From positions 1 to 39,520 of the forward strand of contig JAZUEG010000270.1 of the NCBI GenBank assembly GCA_045640025.1: a DNA stretch of 39,520 bases. Direction: 5' to 3'. Below are positions 1 through 8,937 of this stretch, one piece after another. This stretch comes from Bacteroidales bacterium. Its GTDB lineage: Bacteria; Bacteroidota; Bacteroidia; Bacteroidales; UBA3824. The notes below the pieces were generated by a model. It was not told the origin of the DNA. It saw only the letters and a program-made list of their open reading frames with translations, and did no database searches. How positions within the stretch are numbered: the first letter of the stretch is position 1; each line of letters starts with the position of its first letter. The position numbers and the translations under genes are program-made.

Positions 1-14
1 GATTTTTTGGCACT

Positions 15-1880
15 TTACCTAACAATAAGGAGTTTTTTTGTAATCTTGTGGCCAGTATCGGGATTCACTACAAAGATAAGGTATACTCCGGTGGCGCACT
101 TGTGTCCGTTGAGGTTTAGCCCGTCCCACGTTATGCGTCCGCCCTCCGATACAAAACTGTGCACAAGATGGCCCGCCGCATCGGCTATGCGCACGCTGCA
201 TCCGTCCTCCAGGCCCGATACGCAGATATCGCCGCTGTAACCGGGGCGCACGGGATTGGGATACACCAATACATTAGAGAGGTCAGCTGATGGCTCCTGC
301 ACATCCGACATATACGACGCGAGGCCGTTCCTCGTGCCGAAAAACACATCGCCCGTCATCTGCACAATACTCAGGCTGTATACAGTATCGCTGGGCAGAG
401 GCGAGTTGCGCTCGTTGTAGTGGGCTATCTCCTTGTCTGTATCAGCTGATACCAAAAACACACCGGCGCCCATTGTGGAGATCCATTTCCTGTTGGCAGC
501 GTCGACATCTATGGCCGTAATGTGCTTGCCGTGCAGCAGATGCTGTGCATACTGATCGCTTGTGCCGAGAGGCTCCACTACCACTGGATTTGCAAATACG
601 GCATTGCCCTCCATTATCCGCCCGGTATTGGAGCAGGCCACCACACCCTTGTCGGTGCCCACCAGGAGCATTCCGTACATATCCAATGCCATGCACGTAA
701 CCATGTCTCCGGCCTTGGCCCCGCCCACCATCGGATAGAACGAGACGTATCTGTCGTCGGAAAAATCGAGCGGACTTCCGCCCAGATCCACGGCAAAGAT
801 TCCGGCCTTGCCCATATTTACCAGAAACACATAATCGGACAGCCGAAGCAATCCAAGAGGCGATGCACAATTCATTGACTGAAAAGACGATGCGCTATGC
901 CAGTTGCCGTTGTGGTCGAATATGGTTACGGGATTGGCGCGGTCGGCAGATAATATAAGGAGGTCGCCCTCGGGAGTGCAGTCCATATCCACAATGCGCC
1001 CCCTCGCACGGCCGGCATAGCGCGCCTTTAGATTGTGGCCTATGTATTCGAAAACAGTTCCATTTTCATCGCCCAGAAATACGTGCTGGGGATTGTATGG
1101 ATTATGAAACACGGCTGTAAAATCCACGCTGTCAGGATTTTCTGTATAGAAGATTCCGCTCCTCTGTACCTCAGTATAGTATCGCGAGGCCATGGCCAGC
1201 ACACCTGATGCCTGCGCCATCTGATGGGCATAGTCGCACGGCACCGACCTCGGCACGGGACCGCCGTATGCAGTTTTTTCCGCCATCAGCTGATACAATC
1301 CATCATAGCTCCACTGCCCGGGATCCTGAAGGTTTGGGCAGCTGATGGCGGCAGAGTAGGCACCATGAGCGGTAACGGCAAATATCTCGCCATTAGCTAC
1401 AAGACACATTTCCACACCCGGCAGAGGACACGAGGCCAGCACCTCGCCCCTGTACGAATCCACCACCGAGACTCCGAAATCTCCGCTGGCAAGTATTAAA
1501 GAATTGCTGAAAGTGATATGGCGTATGCAGCTAATGTCGTGAGAATTGCCGAGTGTGATATCCGGCAGGTAAGTTCTGTGCCCTCCGCTTATGATATCGA
1601 GCGAGCCATCCTCGTAGCCCACAGCTATCACCTGGCCCGAAGCCGCACCGGCCGACACATACGAGCTGGACAGACCGGTGGATTTGGCGAGCGTGGTAAT
1701 CTCGCCCGAGCGGTCCACCACAAAAACTCCGTTGCGGCACACGCAGAGAGTACCGCCATCGTATTCGCAATACGAGAGCACATCGCTGAAACTCGGGCGC
1801 GGTGTCCACTGTCCGTATGCGGCCATGGCAGCTAACAGCGTGAAAATGAGAGCTGATATGTATCTAAGACTTCTTGACAC
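15..1880 (-). CDS. porZ: T9SS accessory protein PorZ-like (beta-propeller repeats + C-terminal type A sorting domain)
   Basis: Signal peptide (YISALIFTLLAAMAAYGQW), propeller motifs (ITAIDVDAANRKWISTMGAGVF, NSPLPSDTV, FFGTRNGL) and a C-terminal VYPNPVRP...WDGLNLNG...GVYL...KLLIVR tail. GTG start at 1880 chosen because the longer ORF (to 2012) overlaps ruvC. Confidence 0.85.
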   Translation of the reverse strand: MSRSLRYISALIFTLLAAMAAYGQWTPRPSFSDVLSYCEYDGGTLCVCRNGVFVVDRSGEITTLAKSTGLSSSYVSAGAASGQVIAVGYEDGSLDIISGGHRTYLPDITLGNSHDISCIRHITFSNSLILASGDFGVSVVDSYRGEVLASCPLPGVEMCLVANGEIFAVTAHGAYSAAISCPNLQDPGQWSYDGLYQLMAEKTAYGGPVPRSVPCDYAHQMAQASGVLAMASRYYTEVQRSGIFYTENPDSVDFTAVFHNPYNPQHVFLGDENGTVFEYIGHNLKARYAGRARGRIVDMDCTPEGDLLILSADRANPVTIFDHNGNWHSASSFQSMNCASPLGLLRLSDYVFLVNMGKAGIFAVDLGGSPLDFSDDRYVSFYPMVGGAKAGDMVTCMALDMYGMLLVGTDKGVVACSNTGRIMEGNAVFANPVVVEPLGTSDQYAQHLLHGKHITAIDVDAANRKWISTMGAGVFLVSADTDKEIAHYNERNSPLPSDTVYSLSIVQMTGDVFFGTRNGLASYMSDVQEPSADLSNVLVYPNPVRPGYSGDICVSGLEDGCSVRIADAAGHLVHSFVSEGGRITWDGLNLNGHKCATGVYLIFVVNPDTGHKITKKLLIVR

Positions 1881-2412
1881 GGTCGGGATTGTTGGCAATA
1901 AAGGCGGCCCAGCTGTTTGAGCCTTTGCTGGCCACAGGCATACGTTTCTGATAATGATGGCATACCGCGGCGGCCAGGGCGTCGGTGGCGTCCAGCTTGT
2001 CGGGAGCCTCATCTATCTTCAGGGTCATGGCAAGCATACGCGCCACCTGCTCCTTGGTGGCCGATCCGTTGCCGGCCACGGCGAGCTTTATCTTCCTTGG
2101 CTCATACTCGAAAATCTGAAGTCCGGCGTTTACGGCGGCCGAGATAGCCACGCCCTGCGCACGGCCAAGCTTCAGCATGGATTGGGCGTTCTTCTCGTAG
2201 AACTGCGCCTCGATGCTCAGTTCGGTGGGATTGTAGCCCTTGATGAGACCGCTCACACGGTCGTATATCATCTTCAGCTTCAGGTAAGGATCCTTAACAT
2301 TATGAATATCAAGAATACCGATAGCGAGGCACTCTATCTTGGAGCCCTCGCTGCTGATGATGCCGTAACCCATGAAATTGGTGCCCGGGTCGATGCCTAA
2401 TATTACTGCCAT
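1864..2412 (-). CDS. ruvC: Crossover junction endodeoxyribonuclease RuvC
   Basis: ILGIDPG, IEAQF, LKLGRAQG, G.A.KEQV and DATDALA motifs; 182 aa. Confidence 0.97.
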   Translation of the reverse strand: MAVILGIDPGTNFMGYGIISSEGSKIECLAIGILDIHNVKDPYLKLKMIYDRVSGLIKGYNPTELSIEAQFYEKNAQSMLKLGRAQGVAISAAVNAGLQIFEYEPRKIKLAVAGNGSATKEQVARMLAMTLKIDEAPDKLDATDALAAAVCHHYQKRMPVASKGSNSWAAFIANNPDRVKKS

Positions 2413-3383
2413 TAGCTGATACGGACTCTAAGTTTCTCGAGGAATGATTTCAGCACATCGGCCTTGCCGGCAGGAGCGGCTTTCTCCAGGAGTGCGAACG
2501 ACTCGCTGTAATATTCGTCCACCATCTGCTGAACCTGCTTATCCACGCCAAACTCTGCGAAATACTCGCGGGCCCTGGCGAGCTTGGCCTCGAATGTGTA
2601 ATCGTGGCTGGAGTAGAATGTGCGCCACTCCTCTACCCTATCAGCTGGCATCAGCTCTATGATCTTGTGGTAGAAAACTGTCTTCTTGCACTCATTGACA
2701 TCGCCGCCGACGGGCTTGCCGAGAACCTCGGGAGTCGAGTACATATCGAGGAAGTCGTCCTGAATCTGGAACGCTATGCCGAATTTGATGCCGGCGTCGT
2801 ATAGCATCTGGGCCTGATTCTCGCTGGCCCCGCCGATGAGTGCGCCTATCTTGAGGCAGGCGGCTGGGAGCACGGCTGTCTTCAGGGTTATCATCTTCAG
2901 ATAGTCCTGAAGGGAGACATCGTTGCTGGTCTCGAAATCCATATCGTACTGCTGACCTTCGCAGACCTCGATGGCGGTTTTCAGGTAGAGATCCATGCAC
3001 TGGAGACGAACCTTCTCGGGAGCCGTCATCACGTACTTGGTGGCAATGTATGTCATTCCGTCGCCGGAGAGTATGGCCACGTTGTCGCCCCACTTGGCGT
3101 TTACGGTAGGCTTCTTGCGGCGGAGTTTGGAGTTGTCCATGATGTCGTCGTGCAGAAGAGTGAAGTTGTGGAAAATCTCCATTCCCACAGATGGTTTCAC
3201 GGCCTCAGCTACACTATCGCTGTACATATTGCAGGCCATGAGTCCGAATACGGGACGCAGCCTCTTGCCGCCCAATGATAGGATATACTTTACAGGTTCG
3301 TAAAAATTCTTTGGCTCGGCAGGATACTGGATGTCAGCAATCTCCTGCTCCACTATGGATAGAAGTTCTTTGAATTCTTTCAT
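2412..3383 (-). CDS. ispA: Short-chain polyprenyl diphosphate synthase (IspA/GGPPS type)
   Basis: GGKRLRP, FARM HNFTLLHDDIMD (Phe at -5 indicates a short chain), GQQYD, FQIQDDFLD. Start at MKEFKELL; the stop overlaps the ruvC ATG (TAATG). Confidence 0.88.
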   Translation of the reverse strand: MKEFKELLSIVEQEIADIQYPAEPKNFYEPVKYILSLGGKRLRPVFGLMACNMYSDSVAEAVKPSVGMEIFHNFTLLHDDIMDNSKLRRKKPTVNAKWGDNVAILSGDGMTYIATKYVMTAPEKVRLQCMDLYLKTAIEVCEGQQYDMDFETSNDVSLQDYLKMITLKTAVLPAACLKIGALIGGASENQAQMLYDAGIKFGIAFQIQDDFLDMYSTPEVLGKPVGGDVNECKKTVFYHKIIELMPADRVEEWRTFYSSHDYTFEAKLARAREYFAEFGVDKQVQQMVDEYYSESFALLEKAAPAGKADVLKSFLEKLRVRIS

Positions 3384-3465
3384 GATGTTTCGGTATGTTT
3401 GTTTATCTGACGCAAAATTAATAAAAAAAGCCAAGCCCACATATTACAATCCCCAAAAAAATCCT

Positions 3466-3473
3466 TATATTTG
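3466..3473 (+). promoter_or_regulatory. Bacteroidota sigma-A -7 element (TATATTTG) for the ATPase gene; a divergent element (TAATTTTG, minus strand 3413-3420) serves ispA
   Basis: Matches the TAnnTTTG consensus in an AT-rich divergent intergenic region. Confidence 0.6.
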
Positions 3474-3479
3474 CAACAG

Positions 3480-3510
3480 CGAAACAGCGGTTTCGGAAAC
3501 AGCGGTTTCG
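3480..3510. repeat. Tandem 15-bp repeat (GAAACAGCGGTTTCG x2), each unit self-complementary
   Basis: c-gaaacagcggtttcg-gaaacagcggtttcg lies between the promoter and the ATPase start codon. Confidence 0.9.
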
Positions 3511-3531
3511 GAAGTAAAAAAAATTGATACT

Positions 3532-4851
3532 ATGAAATTTTTCGACAGGAAAGAAGAGATAGCCAAACTCAGGGAGATTCAGCAAATGTCGCTGAGCAAC
3601 GCCCAGTTTACAATAATAACAGGCCGACGCCGCATCGGCAAGACAAGCATGGTGCTGAAGGCGTTTGAGGATCAGCCACTTGTATATTTTTTTGTAAGCA
3701 GGAAGGCTGAGGCCGCACTGTGCGCGGATTTTCAGCAGGAACTAGAAAACAAGCTCAACATCGTAACCATGGGCAAGGCCACAAATTTTGCCACCATATT
3801 CGAGCAGCTGATGATAATATCAGAGAAACAGAACCTGACTTTGTTCATAGATGAGTTTCAGGAGTTTATCAACGTAAACAAATCCATCTACAGCGACATG
3901 CAGAGAATCTGGGACCTCCACAAAAACAACAGCAGGCTAAACTTAATAGTATGCGGCTCGGTATATTCGCTGATGGGCAAGATTTTCAAGAACGAGAAAG
4001 AGCCTCTGTTTGGAAGAGAGACCGCGCAGATAAACCTGAAGCCATTCAGGCCATCCACATTAAAGGAGATAATGCAGGAATACAATCCCGGATACAGCAA
4101 CGAGGACTTGCTGGCTCTATACACATTTACCGGCGGAGTGGCCAAATACGTAGAGATACTTGTGAACAGCAACACCCTTACGCTGAACAAAATCCTAAAC
4201 AAAATCTGCGAGAAGGATTCCATTTTCATCAGCGACGGCAAATCCACCCTGATAGAAGAATTCGGGCGAGACTATGGAATATATTTCTCGATATTATCAG
4301 CCATTGCCAACGGACACAACTCAAGAAGCAAAATTGAGGAAATCATCGGGAAGGAAGTAAGCGGATATCTTACAAAATTAGATTCGGAATACGGCCTCAT
4401 CAGCAAGCATCAGCCAATGTTTGAGAAAAGCGCAGGCACAAACCTCCGCTACAAGCTCGATGACAACTTCTTCATCTTCTGGTTCAGGTTCGTATACAAA
4501 TACAATTACATGCTCGAGATTGGCGCATACGAGAAACTGCTTCAGATAATACAGCGCGACTACAATGTATTCAGCGGATTGGCTCTGGAGAAATATTTCA
4601 AGGAGGTGATGATGGAATCCAAGAAATACACAAGAATCGGCAACTGGTGGAACCGCAGGGGCGATGTGGAGATAGACATAATATCCGCCGACGAGCTGGA
4701 AAACACAGCGGAATTCTATGAGGTGAAGCGCAAGAAGGAAAACTTCTCGCCAAAACTTCTTGAAGAAAGGAAAGACGCTTTCCTAAACGCCACACATCAA
4801 TTCAAGAACTATAAAATAAAATGTAAGGGATTGTCGATAGAGGATATGTAA
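3532..4851 (+). CDS. ATP-binding protein (ATPase_2 archaeal-type ATPase, probable wHTH, DUF234 PD-(D/E)xK-like C-terminus)
   Basis: MKFFDRKEE start, Walker A GRRRIGKT, Walker B FIDEFQ, CGS, TGGVAKY, DNFFIFWFRF, C-terminal EIDII...EVK. Confidence 0.9.
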   Translation: MKFFDRKEEIAKLREIQQMSLSNAQFTIITGRRRIGKTSMVLKAFEDQPLVYFFVSRKAEAALCADFQQELENKLNIVTMGKATNFATIFEQLMIISEKQNLTLFIDEFQEFINVNKSIYSDMQRIWDLHKNNSRLNLIVCGSVYSLMGKIFKNEKEPLFGRETAQINLKPFRPSTLKEIMQEYNPGYSNEDLLALYTFTGGVAKYVEILVNSNTLTLNKILNKICEKDSIFISDGKSTLIEEFGRDYGIYFSILSAIANGHNSRSKIEEIIGKEVSGYLTKLDSEYGLISKHQPMFEKSAGTNLRYKLDDNFFIFWFRFVYKYNYMLEIGAYEKLLQIIQRDYNVFSGLALEKYFKEVMMESKKYTRIGNWWNRRGDVEIDIISADELENTAEFYEVKRKKENFSPKLLEERKDAFLNATHQFKNYKIKCKGLSIEDM

Positions 4852-4862
4852 AAAATAAACAC

Positions 4863-4899
4863 CGCTGCAACCGACATCACGTCGATTGCAGCGATTTTT
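4863..4899. terminator. Probable bidirectional intrinsic terminator
   Basis: Stem CGCTGCAA-c-CGAC / GTCG-a-TTGCAGCG with flanking A/T tracts, between convergent genes. Confidence 0.75.
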
Positions 4900-4931
4900 A
4901 TTATGCATAGTTTTTGGGGAATCTTTAATGC

Positions 4932-7274
4932 TTACTTCTCCTCTATTGCCTCATCTTTCTTGTCCTTATTGAACTTGAGCTTGAATGTGAGCAGAAGCGA
5001 TGGCAAGAAGAGGAGGTTGGTGAACATGGCCACAAACAATGTTATGGATATCAGCAGGCCAAGGGCTATGGTGCCGCCAAACTGCGATCCGCAGAACATG
5101 AGGAAGCCGCAGAGGAGTATCAGAGCCGAATAGATGATGGAAACGCCGGTCTCGCGGAGCGACTCTATCACCGACTTGCGTACATCGCCGAGGTTGTGGT
5201 CGATGGCCTGGCGGAACTTGGTGAAGAGGTGGATGGCGTTGTCCACAGAGATTCCGAACGCGATATTGAACACAAGGATTGTGGAGCTCTTGAGTCGTAT
5301 ATCAAAGAATCCCATTATGGCGGCGGTTACTATCAGCGGAATAAAGTTTGGAATCACTGATATGATAACCATTCTCCAGTTGCTGAAGAGAGCCATCATA
5401 CAGAGCGATATCAGGATGATGGCCAAAACCAAAGACTGAACGAGATTGTCGATGAGCTTGAGCGAGCCCTTGGCAAAGATTACCGATGTTCCTGTAATAT
5501 CCACAACGTTACCCTTATCAGCTGGGAAATACTTATCGATGATGGCGGCTATGCTGTCGGTAACATCAATCATGCGGATGGTGCCCACATCAGCTATACG
5601 CATCTGAATGCGCGCGCGTGAGAATGTGGTATCCACCATGGCGGTCATCACATTGTTGGCGCCCTTCTGCGAACGGTTGTTGTTCAGGTATTCCTGGAAG
5701 AAGAGAAGCTCGGCCTCGCTGTTGGGCAGACAGAAGAAATCGTTGTTGCCGTTGTAATAAGCGCGGTTGATGAGCTTGATGGCATCGGCGAAGGATGTGC
5801 CGTGGCTCAGACAGTTGAAGCTGGCCAGCGAATCCTCAATGGCCTCTATGTTGCGGATGGTCTTCATCTTCAGCAGGCCTTTCTTCTTCTTGGTATCGAT
5901 GGAAATCTCCATAGGAAGAATACCCTTGAGCTCCTTCTCAAAATACTTGAGGTCGCTGTAGATAACATTGTGCTCCGGGAGGTCGTCCACCTGGAAACTC
6001 TCGTTGCGCATGAGTGTGAGGCCGTATATTGCCACTGCCACTACCACGATGGTGGCGGTGAAGATAAGCTTGCGCTTGCGCTCCACAAGGTACACGAACT
6101 TTTCAACGATATTGGTCACAAACTTGGTATCGAGATGCTTGAGCTCCTTCTCGGTAGGCGGAGCCACGTAGCTGAATATCGACGGCACCATAAGCACAGA
6201 GAGTACAAACATTGTGATAATGCCGAGAGTGGCCACCAGGCCAAACTCCATGAGCATTGCATTGCCGGTGATGAGGAATGTGGCGAAACCTGCGGCGGTG
6301 GTAAGGTTGGTTAGGAATGTGGCCTTGCCCACCTTGGTGATTACCTCGAAGAGTGATTTCTCCTTGTCGCGGGTCTCACGGTATACCACATGATACTTGT
6401 TGAGCAGATATATTGTATTAGGAATACCTATCACTATGAGAAGCGGAGGCAGCATTCCCGACATCATGGTGAGCTCGTATCCGAACAGGGCCATGAAGGC
6501 CATGGTCCAGATAACGCCCACAAATACTATAAGCACACTCCAGAGAGTGGTCTTGATGCTGCGGAAGAATATCATGAAAATGATGGACACGATAATGAGC
6601 GAGAGCACGGCGAAGAATATCAGCTCGTCCTTAATCATCTTCATGGAGCTGCTGCGGATGTATGGAAGTCCGCTGCAGTGAACCTTTACATTATGACGCT
6701 CGCCGTATCCGTATACAGCGCCCTTGATGCCGGCCACCAGCTGATCGAGGTCCTTGCAGACTATGGTCTGCGGATCGCAGGTAATGGCCATTACATAGCA
6801 GTTGTTGGGCGTGTAGAGCAGCTGATCGTAGAATTTGAAATCCTTTACGAGCTGAAACATTGAATCGAGCTCGGCCTGTGTGGTGGGCGCGGGATCAAAA
6901 ATCTTGTTTATCACAAACTTTCTTTCCACGGTATCCTTTACCAGCGATACTGCATTGGTGTACGAGAGAATGCTCTTGACGCCGATGATGCTCTTCATGC
7001 TGTCCTGAAGGCGCACGAGGTCGTTGTATTTATCGAGCGAGATGAAATTCTCGTCCTCGAAAGCCACGGCTATCATGGAAGCATCCTCACCGAAAGTTTT
7101 CTTGAAATCCATGAAACGCAGAAACGCGCTGTCGGACTCGTTGAGCAGCTGCGCGGCTGAATACTTCATGCGCAGGTTCTTCATATTGAAGCCCATGAAC
7201 ACGGTGATAATACCTATTGCTATAAGTATCATCCGCTTGTTCTTCAGTATGAAATTAGCTATACTATTCCACAT
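4932..7274 (-). CDS. MMPL/RND-superfamily transporter
   Basis: 780 aa with two repeats of (1 TM + periplasmic domain + TM bundle); TNLTTAAGF and AFGISVDNAIH motifs. Confidence 0.9.
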   Translation of the reverse strand: MWNSIANFILKNKRMILIAIGIITVFMGFNMKNLRMKYSAAQLLNESDSAFLRFMDFKKTFGEDASMIAVAFEDENFISLDKYNDLVRLQDSMKSIIGVKSILSYTNAVSLVKDTVERKFVINKIFDPAPTTQAELDSMFQLVKDFKFYDQLLYTPNNCYVMAITCDPQTIVCKDLDQLVAGIKGAVYGYGERHNVKVHCSGLPYIRSSSMKMIKDELIFFAVLSLIIVSIIFMIFFRSIKTTLWSVLIVFVGVIWTMAFMALFGYELTMMSGMLPPLLIVIGIPNTIYLLNKYHVVYRETRDKEKSLFEVITKVGKATFLTNLTTAAGFATFLITGNAMLMEFGLVATLGIITMFVLSVLMVPSIFSYVAPPTEKELKHLDTKFVTNIVEKFVYLVERKRKLIFTATIVVVAVAIYGLTLMRNESFQVDDLPEHNVIYSDLKYFEKELKGILPMEISIDTKKKKGLLKMKTIRNIEAIEDSLASFNCLSHGTSFADAIKLINRAYYNGNNDFFCLPNSEAELLFFQEYLNNNRSQKGANNVMTAMVDTTFSRARIQMRIADVGTIRMIDVTDSIAAIIDKYFPADKGNVVDITGTSVIFAKGSLKLIDNLVQSLVLAIILISLCMMALFSNWRMVIISVIPNFIPLIVTAAIMGFFDIRLKSSTILVFNIAFGISVDNAIHLFTKFRQAIDHNLGDVRKSVIESLRETGVSIIYSALILLCGFLMFCGSQFGGTIALGLLISITLFVAMFTNLLFLPSLLLTFKLKFNKDKKDEAIEEK

Positions 7275-7302
7275 AATCAGATATAAATATTTAAAAGTGT
7301 TA

Positions 7303-8205
7303 CTAATCGAGTTTTACGGTTACAGAGCCTATGTTCTTGCCCTCGCAGAACACATCGGCCTGATATATGCCAGCTGATAGCACCTCGCGTGATATGGCGT
7401 ATATTGTGGTGTTCTGAGCACTGCCATCGTAGCTGATAGCCTTGCGCGCCGAATACGAAATCTCCTTGCCCTGATACTTGAAGAGGCCCGAGTTCTCGTT
7501 GATGAGGATGGCTCCGTCGGGTTTCACGATGCGCACGTACAGGTCCTTGCTGCCAGTCTGTGTCATGCTGTTTTCGTTGATTACAAATGTAACCTTAAAC
7601 TTGTGGGTCTTCACGATTCTGGAAGTCTCGTTGTCGCGCTCGTTGAGTGCCACGAGTTTCATCTGCACGGCCTTGAGAGCCTCGGCCTCCTTCACACGGC
7701 CCTGGAGCGAATCCTTTACGTTGCTCAGCTTGCGGTTCTGGCGGTTGGCGTCGCTCAGCTGGTCGGTAAGGCGGGTATTCTCCTCGGTGAGCTCAATGTT
7801 CTTGGTATTCAGGCTGTCGATCTGCACCACGAAACTGCGCATAATGGCGCGCAGGGTCTCCACCTCGGCATGGTATTTCTTGAGCGAGTCGCGGTTCTGG
7901 GCCTTCACCTTCTGGAGGTTTTCCATCAGCTCCGTAACCCTGGCCTTCTGCTCCTCGAGCTGGGCGTTTATAGTATCGTTGGTGGTCTGCAGCTGATTGT
8001 AGCTGTCCATTATGAAGGTCATCTCGCGGCTCAGTGAGTCTTTCTCCAATGTACCTTTCTCTATCTGCGAGATCAGCAATTCAGATTCGCGCTTGTTGTT
8101 GCCCATCATTACGAGCAGGGTGATGATAGCCACGGCCTCGAGTATAGCCGCTATCATCAGAAACTTGTTGACACCCGATGATTTGTTTTCCATTGTATCT
8201 TCCAT
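7303..8205 (-). CDS. Membrane-anchored coiled-coil protein with C-terminal beta-sandwich, function unknown
   Basis: N-terminal TM (FLMIAAILEAVAIITLLVMM), long heptad-rich region, C-terminal LYVRIVKPDG...GIYQADVF. A TAACTTTG promoter element lies at 8250-8257 on the minus strand. Confidence 0.75.
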   Translation of the reverse strand: MEDTMENKSSGVNKFLMIAAILEAVAIITLLVMMGNNKRESELLISQIEKGTLEKDSLSREMTFIMDSYNQLQTTNDTINAQLEEQKARVTELMENLQKVKAQNRDSLKKYHAEVETLRAIMRSFVVQIDSLNTKNIELTEENTRLTDQLSDANRQNRKLSNVKDSLQGRVKEAEALKAVQMKLVALNERDNETSRIVKTHKFKVTFVINENSMTQTGSKDLYVRIVKPDGAILINENSGLFKYQGKEISYSARKAISYDGSAQNTTIYAISREVLSAGIYQADVFCEGKNIGSVTVKLD

Positions 8206-8285
8206 AATGTTTAGCTGTAAAACTTTTGTAGCCAATAATAAACTGGATACAAAGTTAACAATTAAATTTCAAATAGTAAAATATG

Positions 8286-8864
8286 TTAGTTTTTGTAATT
8301 GCTCAAAAATTCTGCCATCTTGCCAAGGGCCATGCCGCGGTGCGAGATTGCGTTTTTCTGCTCGGCGGTCATCTCTGCCATTGTGATATCGAATCCATCG
8401 GGCAGAAAAACCGGATCGTAGCCAAAACCGCCCTGTCCGCGCCTGTCCAATGTGATAGCGCCATTCACGTATCCCTCAAAATGGATGGGATTTCCATCCA
8501 TTACCAATACCATCTCGGTATGGAATCTTGCCCTGCGGTCGCTGATGCCTTCCAAGTTCTTGAGCAGAAGGTCCATATTGTCGTCGGAATTTCTCTGAGG
8601 GCCGGCGTATCGTGCCGAATATACTCCGGGCGCATTGTTGAGCGCTGTAACCTCCAGGCCGGTATCATCCGAGAAACAGGGCTGATGATACTTGTTCCAA
8701 AGGTACATGGCTTTTTCCTCGGCGTTTTCGTAGATGGTCTCGTGAGTTTCGGGAATGTCGTCGTGACAATCTATCTCATTGAGCGATACCACCTTGAAAG
8801 TCTTTATTATCTGCTGAGCCTCAGCCAATTTCTTTGCGTTGTTGGTTGCGAAAATAATGTCCAT
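8286..8864 (-). CDS. rdgB: Non-canonical purine NTP pyrophosphatase (RdgB/HAM1)
   Basis: IFATNNAKK, DDTGLEV.AL..APGVYSARYAG, GFGYDPVF, KNAISHRG. Confidence 0.97.
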   Translation of the reverse strand: MDIIFATNNAKKLAEAQQIIKTFKVVSLNEIDCHDDIPETHETIYENAEEKAMYLWNKYHQPCFSDDTGLEVTALNNAPGVYSARYAGPQRNSDDNMDLLLKNLEGISDRRARFHTEMVLVMDGNPIHFEGYVNGAITLDRRGQGGFGYDPVFLPDGFDITMAEMTAEQKNAISHRGMALGKMAEFLSNYKN

Positions 8865-8888
8865 TTTATCTAGTCTTTGTTAGTTTAT

Positions 8889-8934
8889 TTCAATTCAATC
8901 ACTTCAATTACTTCAACACTTCAATCACTTCAAC
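8889..8934. repeat. Intergenic 8/9-bp tandem repeat (nnnCTTCAA), copy 1
   Basis: ttcaa ttcaa tcacttcaa ttacttcaa cacttcaa tcacttcaa c. Confidence 0.9.
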
Positions 8935-8937
8935 CTC

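Noticed and set aside
1-13. Possible GTG start of a next gene (recO often follows porZ)
   Set aside because: Only four codons are visible, which cannot support a call.
3331-3531. N-terminal extension of the ATPase with a SETAV repeat; likewise the extended starts of porZ, ispA, ispB and the activase
   Set aside because: The extensions overlap neighbouring genes or promoters; family-typical starts lie downstream.
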